Positions 40,057 to 49,762 of a stretch of 64,000 bases of DNA are shown here, in pieces (the stretch's first letter is position 1; each line of letters begins with the position of its first letter). Under the pieces are notes generated by a model, which was not told the origin of the DNA, searched no databases, and worked only from the letters and a program-made list of their open reading frames with translations. Origin of the DNA: an uncultured Bdellovibrionales bacterium (GTDB taxonomy: Bacteria; Patescibacteriota; Minisyncoccia; Moranbacterales; UBA1568); NCBI GenBank assembly GCA_964597355.1, contig CAZQWS010000004.1, positions 8,645 to 72,644 of the forward strand. Direction: 5' to 3'. The translations under genes and the position numbers were made by a program.

Positions 40057-40578
40057 ATGGATATTGTGTCTCATGGCCTGTATGGAGGAGTGCTCTTTGG
40101 CCGAAGCAGCCGAAAGAATTTTTGGCTAGCTTTCTTTTTTGGAATTGCTCCTGACCTTTTTTCTTTTGGGCTTTTTTCGATTGGTACATGGTTTGGATTA
40201 TTTGATCGGCCTGATTGGTCCAGTGGCCCTCCTGCGCCTGACGCTATCCCACAATTCGTACATGTACTCTATAACTTCACGCATAGCTTTGTCATATTTG
40301 CGGTGATTTTTGCTATCGTGCGGCTCATCCGCAAAAAGCCGTATTTCCTCATGCTTGGTTGGCCGCTCCACATCCTTGTCGATATCCCGACTCATTCCGA
40401 TCGCTTTTTCCCCACACCCTTCCTTTGGCCACTCTCTGATTACAAGGTCAATGGGCATCCATGGAGTAGTCCCGAGATCTTCATCCCCAATGTCATCCTT
40501 CTCGTTAGTCTCTATCTTTGGTTTTTCCTAATCAAACCTCGTGTACGTAAAAAATATCCTACTGAGGTTTTAAAGTAG
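40057..40578 (+). CDS. Membrane-bound metal-dependent hydrolase (YdjM/DUF457-like)
   Basis: MDIVSHG, APDL, THSF, HILVDIPTH, FLWP. Confidence 0.75.
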   Translation: MDIVSHGLYGGVLFGRSSRKNFWLAFFFGIAPDLFSFGLFSIGTWFGLFDRPDWSSGPPAPDAIPQFVHVLYNFTHSFVIFAVIFAIVRLIRKKPYFLMLGWPLHILVDIPTHSDRFFPTPFLWPLSDYKVNGHPWSSPEIFIPNVILLVSLYLWFFLIKPRVRKKYPTEVLK

Positions 40579-40594
40579 TCTCCTTTGAACAAGA

Positions 40595-40622
40595 TTGACA
40601 AAGCTAGATGTTTACCTATACT
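40595..40622 (+). promoter_or_regulatory. Sigma70-like promoter of orphan gene
   Basis: TTGACA-16nt-TATACT. Confidence 0.6.
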
Positions 40623-40667
40623 GGCCCCAGGCTCCTTCATTAACCCAACCTGTCTAAGGAGACGGTC

Positions 40668-41110
40668 ATGGACTTCCGTCAAACCATCGTGGCTGCAGTC
40701 TGTCAGGCGATTACGCAACATATCAAGCTTTCTCCATCGAGCGTGCAGTTTACTGCTCTTTTGGCTGACACCCAGGGCAATGCTTGGGCGCGGACTTTTT
40801 CCGAAGGATGCTTGGTTCTGGACTCATCGAACCAAGAGAAATTCGGTCCGCAGTTTCTGAGGGGATCATTGTTTGGGGGCAACAGATGTATGACCAGGTG
40901 TCTCGTGGTCAATACCCGGATTATGTAGCATCTCCTGCAGCTTTGGCTTATGCAATACGTCAGGGCCGTATACCAGGGGAAAACGTATTTCGACGTCTCG
41001 ACCATGGTGAAACCAAGGAACAGTTTCTGGCTCGGGCCGATAATTTGGTGGATGAGGTAATGCGGTACCTTATCGCTGACCCTGACTTTAGGTCTAGAGT
41101 CTTTATTTGA
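40668..41110 (+). pseudogene. Orphan hypothetical gene split by a single frameshift
   Basis: TAAGGAG SD + ATG40668. One extra T in the T5 run 40796-40800 joins ORF 40668.. to ORF ..41110 (about 147 aa). Confidence 0.55.
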
Positions 41111-41235
41111 TCGCAATGCGGTTGATGAGGGGAGTTGCACGAGCAGCCCCCTTCTTTTTCTTTTTAGCTTCAAATCGGCTATACTTGAGGCAAAGTCTGT
41201 GGAGGCTTTCCTTTTTTGATATTGAATTTACTTCC

Positions 41236-43536
41236 GTGTATCTCAAGAAACTTGAACTGAGCGGCTTTAAGTCTTTTGCCACGAAGACGGTTTTGGATTT
41301 TCTCCCGGATTGCGACGTTCAAGGTGCTGGCAAATGTGGTATTACTGCAATTGTAGGACCAAACGGCAGTGGCAAATCCAATGTTGCCGATGCTATCCGT
41401 TGGGCGATCGGTGAACAGTCGTCCAAAAATTTGCGCGGGAAAAAATCAGAAGATGTTATTTTTGCTGGAACCGATAAGAAGACGCGGCTTGGAACGGCTT
41501 CGGTCACACTCTATTTCGACAATACTGACAAGCGTATCCCGATTGAGTTTACGGAAGTGGCTGTCACTCGCAAGGTATATCGCAGCGGCGAAAGCGAATA
41601 CCTCGTCAATGGCTCACGGGTCCGGCTTATGGATATTGTCGACCTCTTGGCCAAAGCCGGTGTCGGTAAAGATAGCTACTGTGTTATCAACCAGGGAATG
41701 AGTGACGCCGTGCTCCATGCCAGCCCAATCGAACGTCGGACTACCTTTGAAGACGCGGCTGGGGTGAAGCAGTTTCAAATTGAAAAAGATCGGGCTCTTC
41801 GAAAGATTGAAAGCACCAAAGAAAATATCGCTCGCGTAGATAGTCTTGTCATTGAAATCGAGCCACACTTGAAGAATCTTCGTCGCCAGGCTGAAAAAGC
41901 AGCTCAAGGCAAAGATATCGCCGCACGACTTCGGGCCAAACAAGAACTCCTCTACGGCTATTTGTGGCACACTTTTACCGAAGAACGCGGAATACTCCTT
42001 TCTCGGCGTACAGAGCTTGAGGAAATTATCGCTACGATTGAGAAAAATGTCACTGAACTCGAAATCGCTGCCAAGGATACGGTAACTGCTTTTGAAACCA
42101 ATGAAGCTGAAGATAAATTTGAAGAAGAATTGACTACTCTTCGCACGACACTTAATGACTTGATGCGAGAGATGAGTATCCTCGAAGGGCGGCGGGAAGG
42201 GGAACTCGAGAAACGTCGGGAACGTGAGGCGATTGAAATCATCCCAGTCGATCTTCATTTCGTCGAAGCACGGCTTGAAGAAGTGAGTAGGCTCCAAGCA
42301 GAACTGATTGAAAAGTTGGCACATGCCGAAAAGCTTGAGGATCTCCAAGATATCAAGGAATTTGCGACAGTAATCCGTCAGCGCCTCGCAGAACTCCGTA
42401 CCCAAGCCAATGAGGGGAGTGTCAAGATGAAGAAAGTCTCAGCTCTCTCCGAAGAAGATCGGGCCGAAAGCGATGCTCGTCTTGCGAGAATTGAAGCTGA
42501 TCTCACTCTGGTCAAAGAGAAGATTGAAAAGAGTGAAGCCTTGGTCAAAGAAAAAGGGGAAGAACTTGTAGCTTTGCGCGAAAAGAGCCGTGTGGAACGG
42601 GAAAATTTCTTTGCCCGAGAGAAGGAAGTGCGTGAGCAAAGTTATATGCTCCAGCGCAAGAAAGATGAGCTCAATGAACTCAAGGTGCGTCTCGCTCGTA
42701 TCGAGGTCCGAGAGGAAGATTTGACCAATCTCGTTCGAGAAGAGCTTTCTTTGGCACCTGAAGCGCTTACCTATGACGGGACGCCGGTTGAGCGGGAACG
42801 ATTGGAAAAGGAGATTCTCCGCCTCAAGGTGGAAGTGGAGCATATCGGGACTATCGAACCGCTCGTTGTAGATGAGTTTCAAGAAACTGAGAAGCGGTAT
42901 ACCTTCCTCTCTACCGAATCGGCCGACCTCAAGCAAGCGCTCGAGTCTCTCAAAATGGTAGTGAAAGAAATGGATGCAAAGATTGATGAACAGTTTCAGT
43001 CAGCTTTTCATGAGATTGAGAAGAAGTTTAGCGAGTACTTCAAGCTTATTTTTGGCGGAGGCAAGGCTAATTTGAGTTTGGTTAAAGTACGGTCCCGCAA
43101 GCGTGAAGAGGGGAACGAAGAGGAATCTGAAGAAAATGGAGAGGTGGCGGAGAACGCGGATGATTTTGAATTAGGGATCGAAATTACCGCTTGCCCTCCT
43201 GGGAAACGCATCCACAACCTTTCGATGCTTTCGGGCGGAGAACGCTCGCTTACTTCGCTGGCACTTCTCTTTGCGATCATCTCACACAATCCGCCACCCT
43301 TTGCTATTCTCGACGAGGTTGAAGCCGCGCTTGATGAGGCCAATTCGCGTCGCTTTAGTCGGATGCTCAATGAACTCTCTCAGCACACCCAGTTTGTGGC
43401 CATTACCCATAACCGTGAGACCATGAGTCAAGCCGCTCTCCTCTATGGCGTGACCATGGGCGACGATGGCGTCTCCAAGCTTCTCTCTATCCGCCTCGAC
43501 CAGGTCGGGGAGGTAATCAAGAAAACAGGCGAGTAA
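41236..43536 (+). CDS. smc: SMC-family ATPase, short (about 766 aa)
   Basis: GTG start YLKKLELSGFKSF, GPNGSGKSN, Q-loop INQG, LSGGERSL, LDEVEAALDEAN, ITHN. Confidence 0.9.
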   Translation: MYLKKLELSGFKSFATKTVLDFLPDCDVQGAGKCGITAIVGPNGSGKSNVADAIRWAIGEQSSKNLRGKKSEDVIFAGTDKKTRLGTASVTLYFDNTDKRIPIEFTEVAVTRKVYRSGESEYLVNGSRVRLMDIVDLLAKAGVGKDSYCVINQGMSDAVLHASPIERRTTFEDAAGVKQFQIEKDRALRKIESTKENIARVDSLVIEIEPHLKNLRRQAEKAAQGKDIAARLRAKQELLYGYLWHTFTEERGILLSRRTELEEIIATIEKNVTELEIAAKDTVTAFETNEAEDKFEEELTTLRTTLNDLMREMSILEGRREGELEKRREREAIEIIPVDLHFVEARLEEVSRLQAELIEKLAHAEKLEDLQDIKEFATVIRQRLAELRTQANEGSVKMKKVSALSEEDRAESDARLARIEADLTLVKEKIEKSEALVKEKGEELVALREKSRVERENFFAREKEVREQSYMLQRKKDELNELKVRLARIEVREEDLTNLVREELSLAPEALTYDGTPVERERLEKEILRLKVEVEHIGTIEPLVVDEFQETEKRYTFLSTESADLKQALESLKMVVKEMDAKIDEQFQSAFHEIEKKFSEYFKLIFGGGKANLSLVKVRSRKREEGNEEESEENGEVAENADDFELGIEITACPPGKRIHNLSMLSGGERSLTSLALLFAIISHNPPPFAILDEVEAALDEANSRRFSRMLNELSQHTQFVAITHNRETMSQAALLYGVTMGDDGVSKLLSIRLDQVGEVIKKTGE

Positions 43537-43613
43537 TTGCCTTTACTAATCTTTCTATTCTTGCTATAAGAAGACCATGTTTTCATGGTTCTTTTTATAA
43601 CCGGAGGCTTGAG

Positions 43614-44399
43614 ATGGAAACTCGTCCTATTCCGTACATTGGCATTACCGATTTCATGACCGGCGCTGAAGCGAGAGTGATGCTTCGTTCTTTCGGCGAG
43701 TATCGGGCGGGCAGAGGGCCGCGGAAACTCATGGTAGGCGTGATGATGAGTTGGAAAACCTTCAATGGTGTACCTTCCCGCTTTACTGAAGCTTTCCCGA
43801 ACAAATTCACCGTCCCTTCAATCTTCCTTGATCATCCGCTCGCGTTCAATACACTTCACTATGCAGACTACAATGATGTCTCGATGCCGTATGACATCAG
43901 CATGGTGCTACATGTTTGTCGCCAAGGTGGGCGATTAGATGCGGTGCAGTTCGACATGATCTGGCCTCACCCGTCGCTTCTAAAGCAAGTGAAGGATGAT
44001 TCGAATGGAACAATTAAAAACGTACTTCAAATCGGTGCAAATGCCTTGAAAGTAGAAGGGGATAATCCTAAACGGGTATGTGCACGACTTTCTTTGTATG
44101 GGAACCTTGTGGATTATGTCCTTCTCGACAAAAGTATGGGTCAGGGAAAAGGAATGGATGCGGAAGGCTTGTTTCCTTTCGTTCGGGCTATTGCCAAGGA
44201 TTTTCCCACCATTGGCCTAGCGGTTGCTGGTGGCCTGGGTCCAACCACTATGCATTTGGTGGAACCGATTGTTCAAGAATTTCCTTGGGTCAGTATTGAT
44301 GCTCAAGGGAAACTTCGTCCGAGTGGTAGCGCCCTTGATCCAATCGACTGGAGCATGGCTCAGGGTTATCTGGAGAAAGCGAGTCAACTTTTTCCGTAA
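43614..44399 (+). CDS. TrpF-like TIM-barrel protein of unknown function
   Basis: YVLLDKSMGQG, VAGGLGP and SIDAQGKLR resemble the PRAI phosphate-binding C-terminal half; the N-terminus is not canonical TrpF. Confidence 0.6.
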   Translation: METRPIPYIGITDFMTGAEARVMLRSFGEYRAGRGPRKLMVGVMMSWKTFNGVPSRFTEAFPNKFTVPSIFLDHPLAFNTLHYADYNDVSMPYDISMVLHVCRQGGRLDAVQFDMIWPHPSLLKQVKDDSNGTIKNVLQIGANALKVEGDNPKRVCARLSLYGNLVDYVLLDKSMGQGKGMDAEGLFPFVRAIAKDFPTIGLAVAGGLGPTTMHLVEPIVQEFPWVSIDAQGKLRPSGSALDPIDWSMAQGYLEKASQLFP

Positions 44400-44466
44400 A
44401 GTCTTCTGGGGAACACCCCTTTCTGCACCTTGTTTTGACAGGGTGTTTTTTCTTTTCTTTTTGCTG

Positions 44467-44495
44467 TTGACAGGGTTTCAAAATCAGGCTAGAAT
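44467..44495 (+). promoter_or_regulatory. Sigma70-like promoter for rpsP
   Basis: TTGACA-17nt-TAGAAT. Confidence 0.6.
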
Positions 44496-44529
44496 GGCCT
44501 CTGTACACTATTTTTAGACATTCCTCAGT

Positions 44530-44898
44530 ATGCTCGTTATCCGACTCAACCGCTACGGCAAGCGCAATCAGGCCCAATTTCGTGTGATTCTCCAGGAGAA
44601 AACTAAGGCTCCAGGACATCGTCACGTCGAAGTATTGGGAAGTATCAATCCTCACTCCAAGGAAACTATCCTGAAGAAGGAGCGGATTTTGTACTGGATC
44701 GGCCAAGGAGCTACTCCATCGGATCGTGTCCACAACATGCTTATCAAGGCTGGTGTGATCGAAGGGAAGATTATTCCAAAGAAAATGAAGCGTCCTGAGA
44801 AGAAGGAAGAAGTAGCTCCAGAGGCTCCAGCCGCTGAAGCGTCAGCCGAAGCCCCAAAGGAGGCTGAAGCAGCCCCAGCTGAGGAAGTGAAGGCCTAA
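44530..44898 (+). CDS. rpsP: 30S ribosomal protein S16 with Ala/Glu/Pro-rich tail
   Basis: MLVIRLNRYGKRNQ..FRV, YWIGQGATPSDRV. Confidence 0.95.
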   Translation: MLVIRLNRYGKRNQAQFRVILQEKTKAPGHRHVEVLGSINPHSKETILKKERILYWIGQGATPSDRVHNMLIKAGVIEGKIIPKKMKRPEKKEEVAPEAPAAEASAEAPKEAEAAPAEEVKA

Positions 44899-44900
44899 CA

Positions 44901-44929
44901 TTGACAAAACCACTACCTCACGGTAGGAT
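44901..44929 (+). promoter_or_regulatory. Sigma70-like promoter for rplJL
   Basis: TTGACA-17nt-TAGGAT. Confidence 0.6.
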
Positions 44930-44946
44930 AAAGCACAATCAAATAT

Positions 44947-45028
44947 CTTTCGCAGACCTAAGGCATTTGTAAGTCCTTACGAGAAAGAAAAACGAGCTTT
45001 TAGGCTTGTTGGAGAGGTCTGCGGAAAG
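44947..45028 (+). promoter_or_regulatory. Putative L10 leader RNA
   Basis: Long stem CTTTCGCAGACCT...AGGTCTGCGGAAAG directly upstream of rplJ. Confidence 0.55.
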
Positions 45029-45069
45029 CAGATTTTTTGTTTTTTACTCAATCCCAATCAATTAATTTT

Positions 45070-45594
45070 ATGCAGAACAAAGCCCAGAAAGAAGCTGTCG
45101 TGAAGTCGGTGGCGGAGAAAGCAAGGGGTGCTAAGTCGCTTGTTTTTGCTAACTTCAAAGGTGTGTCAGTAAAGGATACTACCATGATCCGTCGCGAATT
45201 AATGAAGAGCGGTTCCTCATGGCAGGTTTTGAAAAAGACCCTCCTCAATATCGCTTTGAAGGATGCTGGCGTCGCGGTGAATGCTCGTGAGCTCGATGGC
45301 CAGGTAGGTGTTGCTTTTTCTACAGATGAAGTAACGGCTGCCAAAGTGTTGGTGGACTTCAAGAAAGCCAACAAAGAGTCTACTCTCGAAATTGTCGGTG
45401 GCTCTCTCGGGAAGGAGGCTCTCGACGTGAAGGGAGTAAAAGCCTTGGCACTACTTCCATCGCGCGATGAACTCAGAGCTAAGCTTGTGGGAACACTCCA
45501 GGCTCCTATCAGTGGGTTTGTCCGAACGCTTTCGGGCAATATTACCGGGTTGGTGCGAGTCTTGGGTGCAGTGCGTGACAGTAAGCAGGGATAA
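45070..45594 (+). CDS. rplJ: 50S ribosomal protein L10
   Basis: KKTLL, LPSRDELRAKLVGTLQAP; start ATG45070. Confidence 0.95.
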   Translation: MQNKAQKEAVVKSVAEKARGAKSLVFANFKGVSVKDTTMIRRELMKSGSSWQVLKKTLLNIALKDAGVAVNARELDGQVGVAFSTDEVTAAKVLVDFKKANKESTLEIVGGSLGKEALDVKGVKALALLPSRDELRAKLVGTLQAPISGFVRTLSGNITGLVRVLGAVRDSKQG

Positions 45595-45696
45595 TTTTTT
45601 ACAGCTTTATTGTTGAATGGTTAAATGGTTGAAAAGCCCTTGAACCCTTTCGCCACTTAGCAATGAAGCCATTAATCAATGTAACCATATAATATT

Positions 45697-46101
45697 ATGT
45701 CAGAAGAGAAGAAAGACGTAGTTGTGCCAGAGAAGTTTGAGAAGCTTGTCTCGGAAATCGAGAAGATGAGTGTACTCGACTTGTCTGAGCTCGTGAAGGT
45801 GCTCGAAGATAAGTTTGGTGTATCAGCTGCTGCTCCCGTCATGATGGGTGCAATGCCTGGTGCCGCTGCCGCTGCTCCTGCTGAGGAGAAGACTGAATTT
45901 GATGTTGAGCTAACCGCTGCTGGTGCTCAGAAGATCAACGCGATTAAGGCTGTACGTGAAGTGACTGGTCTTGGTCTCAAGGAAGCCAAGGACATGGTAG
46001 ACGCTGCTCCAAAGGTGATTAAGGAAAAGGTAAGCAAGGCCGATGCCGAGACTATCAAGAAGAAGCTCGAGGAAGCTGGTGCAACCGTAACCTTGAAGTA
46101 A
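45697..46101 (+). CDS. rplL: 50S ribosomal protein L7/L12
   Basis: [31 protein letters not shown]. Confidence 0.97.
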   Translation: MSEEKKDVVVPEKFEKLVSEIEKMSVLDLSELVKVLEDKFGVSAAAPVMMGAMPGAAAAAPAEEKTEFDVELTAAGAQKINAIKAVREVTGLGLKEAKDMVDAAPKVIKEKVSKADAETIKKKLEEAGATVTLK

Positions 46102-46119
46102 TTCTTTCCACGGAATTCG

Positions 46120-46160
46120 AAAAGACCCTTCCGCCGGCTGGCGGAAGGGTCTTTTGTTTT
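46120..46160 (+). terminator. Intrinsic terminator after rplL
   Basis: AAAAGACCCTTCCGCC-GGCT-GGCGGAAGGGTCTTTT, 16-bp stem. Confidence 0.8.
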
Positions 46161-46255
46161 GACAAAAAATAGGGGAGGAGTAAGATGGGGAGGTATGTTT
46201 TTTGGCTCATTACGAGCCTCTTTTGTTCGAAAAAATATCTAACATCTGAAATTCT

Positions 46256-48337
46256 ATGGGAATAGAAGTTTTTTTGGCTCTCGCTGTCCTCATGCTCATT
46301 TGTGTTGGTACCTATTTCCTGGCTGGACGCCTTAGGATTCCATACACCGTACTCCTCGTTATCGTGGGTACTATTCTTGTTCCACTGACGCAGTTTCCTT
46401 TCTTTTCCTTCCTGAAGAGCTTTGAGTTAACCCCGGAGCTGCTTTTCTTCGTTTTCCTTCCGGTACTCATCTTTGAGTCCGCTTATAACATGAACCTGCG
46501 TGAGATGACGGAAAACATCCGTTCCATTGCCTGGCTCTCAATAGTCAGCCTTCTTCTCTCGGCGTTTTTTGTCGCTAGCGGCCTTTATTTGCTCCTTTCA
46601 CTCATTGGTTTTCCTATTCCTTTCATGGCAGCGCTTATCTTTGGAGCGCTTATTTCAGCTACGGATCCCGTAGCTGTCCTGGCCCTCTTCAAAGAATACG
46701 GGGCACCCAAGCGCCTCTCGCTTATTTTTGAAGGGGAAAGTTTGTTTAACGATGGTACCTCGCTCGCTCTCTTTCTCATCATCCTTGAAATCGCACTCGC
46801 TGGTTTTCATGGTCTCGGTACTATCGCTGAAGGAGTCTTCATGTTCGCTACCATGGTTATTGGAGGTGTCTTGTTTGGGCTCTTCATGGGATTTGTCTTT
46901 GCCAAACTCATCGGTCGAGTCAATGACAATGAACATATCGAGATTACCCTTACCATGCTCGTAGCCCACCTGACTTTTATTTTGACGGAAGTGCTGTCGC
47001 ACCACCTCGTTATCCTGGGACAAGAAATCAAACTCTCCTCTATCATTGCGACGGTAATGGCTTCGATGGTGATCGGCAATTATGGTCGTTTCAAGATTTC
47101 GCCCCGCGTCGAGGAGTACATGGAAAAATTCTGGGGCTACTTCGCTTTTCTCGCCAATTCCCTTGTCTTTATCCTGATGGGACTTCTCTTTGCAGCGCTC
47201 CCGATTCATTTCGACCAATTCCTCATCCCTATCATGGTGACCGTTGCTGTGGTGGCTATTGGCCGAGCTTTTTCGGTATATCCGGTCATTGCGTTTCTCA
47301 ATTGGATGAAGTCGGAAGCTCATATTCCCATCAACTGGCAGCATATGCTTTCTTGGGGAAGTCTTCGGGGAGCCTTGGCAGTCACTATGGTGCTCCTTAT
47401 CCCGGATAGTCTCAACCTCCCGGGCTGGACCCATGAATTTTCGGTGAAGGAGTTTATCGCGGCTCTCACTATTAGCTGTATCTACTTCACGCTTTTGGTA
47501 AAGGCGACAAGCATTGGTCCGATGATGAAGAAGATGAAGCTGGTGGATCTCTCAGCGCTCGAATCTATCGAATACCATGAAAGCCGGGCACTCATTACGG
47601 CCAAGGTGTTGGAGCGTCTCAAAGACTTTTATGAGAAGGGGTACGTTAAGGAAGACGTGTTCGAGCGACTCAAAAAAGAATATGAGGAGCGTTATCAACA
47701 GTCACTCGAAGCTTGCCAGGCTTGTTTCAAGTCTGGGCCCCAAAACGTGGGCCGGGCCCTGCAGGCGTATGCACTCGGTATGGAAAAACGATTCCTCCAT
47801 GAGCTCTTTGTCTACCAAGAAATCACTGAGGCGGAATTCAAAGAAATTTATAACAAGATTCAAATTCAACTCTCGCGAGTGGAACAAGGAAAAGAGCAAC
47901 TTTTGGGTATTAATGAGCGTTTTGAGAAGGATTGGTTCGAGCGTTTGGTGGATTGGGGACGGGAGCATTTTCGGCCGATTAAGAAAGAGGCACTACTCAT
48001 GGAAGAATACCGCTATTACCGCGCTCAGGAAATTATCCTCAACAAAGTGATTCGACGGCTGCGGGCGCTCGGAGTGAAGTTTCCAGGGCTGTTTGGAGAT
48101 ATGGTTGCTTTTGAGGGAGTAATGGTTCTCTATGAGAAGCTCCATGCGGATACTCTCGAGAAACGCGATAAAGCGGCAGCTCGGGTAGGGACGGAGCTTT
48201 CTTTCCTCAATGAGTCCTTTGGGCGTTCGGCGCTCCGGAAGACTGAGGAACAGGCGCTTGACGAAATCCTGGAAAATGAAATGCTTCCTCCCAAACTTTC
48301 GATCATGCTCTATAATGAGATTAAACAGGCAGCGTAA
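46256..48337 (+). CDS. CPA1-family Na+/H+ antiporter (NhaP/NhaG-like)
   Basis: FLPVLIFESA, ISATDPVAV, EGESLFNDG, GSLRGALA. Confidence 0.92.
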   Translation: MGIEVFLALAVLMLICVGTYFLAGRLRIPYTVLLVIVGTILVPLTQFPFFSFLKSFELTPELLFFVFLPVLIFESAYNMNLREMTENIRSIAWLSIVSLLLSAFFVASGLYLLLSLIGFPIPFMAALIFGALISATDPVAVLALFKEYGAPKRLSLIFEGESLFNDGTSLALFLIILEIALAGFHGLGTIAEGVFMFATMVIGGVLFGLFMGFVFAKLIGRVNDNEHIEITLTMLVAHLTFILTEVLSHHLVILGQEIKLSSIIATVMASMVIGNYGRFKISPRVEEYMEKFWGYFAFLANSLVFILMGLLFAALPIHFDQFLIPIMVTVAVVAIGRAFSVYPVIAFLNWMKSEAHIPINWQHMLSWGSLRGALAVTMVLLIPDSLNLPGWTHEFSVKEFIAALTISCIYFTLLVKATSIGPMMKKMKLVDLSALESIEYHESRALITAKVLERLKDFYEKGYVKEDVFERLKKEYEERYQQSLEACQACFKSGPQNVGRALQAYALGMEKRFLHELFVYQEITEAEFKEIYNKIQIQLSRVEQGKEQLLGINERFEKDWFERLVDWGREHFRPIKKEALLMEEYRYYRAQEIILNKVIRRLRALGVKFPGLFGDMVAFEGVMVLYEKLHADTLEKRDKAAARVGTELSFLNESFGRSALRKTEEQALDEILENEMLPPKLSIMLYNEIKQAA

Positions 48338-48357
48338 TTCCTGAAGGTATTTAGAAT

Positions 48358-48984
48358 ATGGATTTTTTTGGGGTAGACATGATTGAGGCTATCAAGGCGA
48401 TAGGATATATTGGTCTTTTCGGTATAGTATTCGCAGAAACGGGATTATTTCTTGGATTCTTTTTTCCGGGAGATAGTTTGCTCTTTGTGGCGGGGGTGCT
48501 CGCTGCCCAGGGTTTTTTCTCGCTCCCAATCCTTTTGGTAGGTCTTTTTATAGCCGCTTTTATGGGGAACCTCCTTGGCTATTGGTTTGGTGGCTATGTT
48601 GGACCAAGACTTTTTTCGCGCGAAGATTCTCTTCTTTTCAGAAAGTCACACTTGATCAAGGCGCAGAAGTTTTATGAGAAGTACGGCCCAAAGATGATTG
48701 TCTTGGCTCGCTTTGTCCCCATTGTGCGCACCTTTGCGCCAATTGTAGCTGGGGTAGCTAAAATGCACTATGGCACTTTCGTGGTTTACAATTTTATCGG
48801 TGCGCTTCTTTGGTCGGTGGGGCTTACGACACTTGCGTATTACCTTGGCGGGTTGGTGGAAAACGTTGATCGTTACCTTCTCCCGATTGTACTTTTGATC
48901 ATTTTTCTTTCCGTTCTCCCTGGCATTGTCGAATACTGGCGTGATCGCCGCGAAGCCAAGCGGACGAGGATGGAAAATAGATGA
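48358..48984 (+). CDS. DedA/VTT family membrane protein
   Basis: FAETGLFLGFFFPGDSLLF, ARFVPIVRTFAP. Confidence 0.92.
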   Translation: MDFFGVDMIEAIKAIGYIGLFGIVFAETGLFLGFFFPGDSLLFVAGVLAAQGFFSLPILLVGLFIAAFMGNLLGYWFGGYVGPRLFSREDSLLFRKSHLIKAQKFYEKYGPKMIVLARFVPIVRTFAPIVAGVAKMHYGTFVVYNFIGALLWSVGLTTLAYYLGGLVENVDRYLLPIVLLIIFLSVLPGIVEYWRDRREAKRTRMENR

Positions 48985-49137
48985 TCGAAAATAAAAAAGA
49001 AAACCAAATATTGAATGATCTATTACCTATCTTCAATCATCTACTGTCTAGACTAAGTTGACAGATTTTTTCCACTTTCCTTGCTTTAAGCGTATACTAG
49101 AATCAACGTAACTACCCCTTGAAAGGAGGGTAGGGTT

Positions 49138-49305
49138 GTGACTCAACGTCCCTTCACTCCCTTTGTCATGAGTGGCCTGTATCCATGGGAAGAAGTCGCT
49201 GGTGAAGCTTTCAAACTCTGGGTGAGCTTCAGCTTCGTTGGTCTACGCTTCTGGACCAGGGGGGTGTTTAATCCCTTCGATCTGGGTGCCAACCGGATCT
49301 ACTAA
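49138..49305 (+). CDS. Putative 55-aa small protein (below the ORF-track cutoff)
   Basis: GAAAGGAGG SD, GTG start; MTQRPFTPFVMSGLYPWEEVAGEAFKLWVSFSFVGLRFWTRGVFNPFDLGANRIY*. Confidence 0.45.
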   Translation: MTQRPFTPFVMSGLYPWEEVAGEAFKLWVSFSFVGLRFWTRGVFNPFDLGANRIY

Positions 49306-49440
49306 CCACTCAGTGTCACTTCGTTGGTCAAAGACCCTCGTGTCAATCAGCGCTTCCGTCTAGTTTCGGTGGCGCCTTTTCTTTTTTCGGACAACAAAAA
49401 ACTGCATCTTTTCAAATGCAGTTCCTTGTTGTTTCGGTCT

Positions 49441-49644
49441 TTAGGCGCGAGTCACATTGACTGCGGCTGGACCCTTCTCTGCTTGAGTTACCTCAAAAGA
49501 GACAGCATCGCCTTCTTTGAGTTCCTCAAAAGTTACTCCAGAGAGCTCCTTTGCATGGAAGAAAAGATCCTTTTCCTGTCCTTCGACAGCAATAAAGCCA
49601 AATCCTTTTCCTTCAATGAGCTTCTTGATAGTTCCTGTTGCCAT
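49441..49644 (-). CDS. Cold-shock domain protein
   Basis: MATGTIK..KGFGFI..DLFFH..KGPAAVNV (RNP1/RNP2); start at 49644. Confidence 0.93.
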   Translation of the reverse strand: MATGTIKKLIEGKGFGFIAVEGQEKDLFFHAKELSGVTFEELKEGDAVSFEVTQAEKGPAAVNVTRA

Positions 49645-49762
49645 AGAAATATATTGAATGATTGATACAAAACACCTCGAAACTCGACTCGATTTAGAGA
49701 GAACCTTATGGTTCAAAGAGAGCATAGCACAAGAAGGTCTTTTCGGACAGGGGGAGGGGAAA

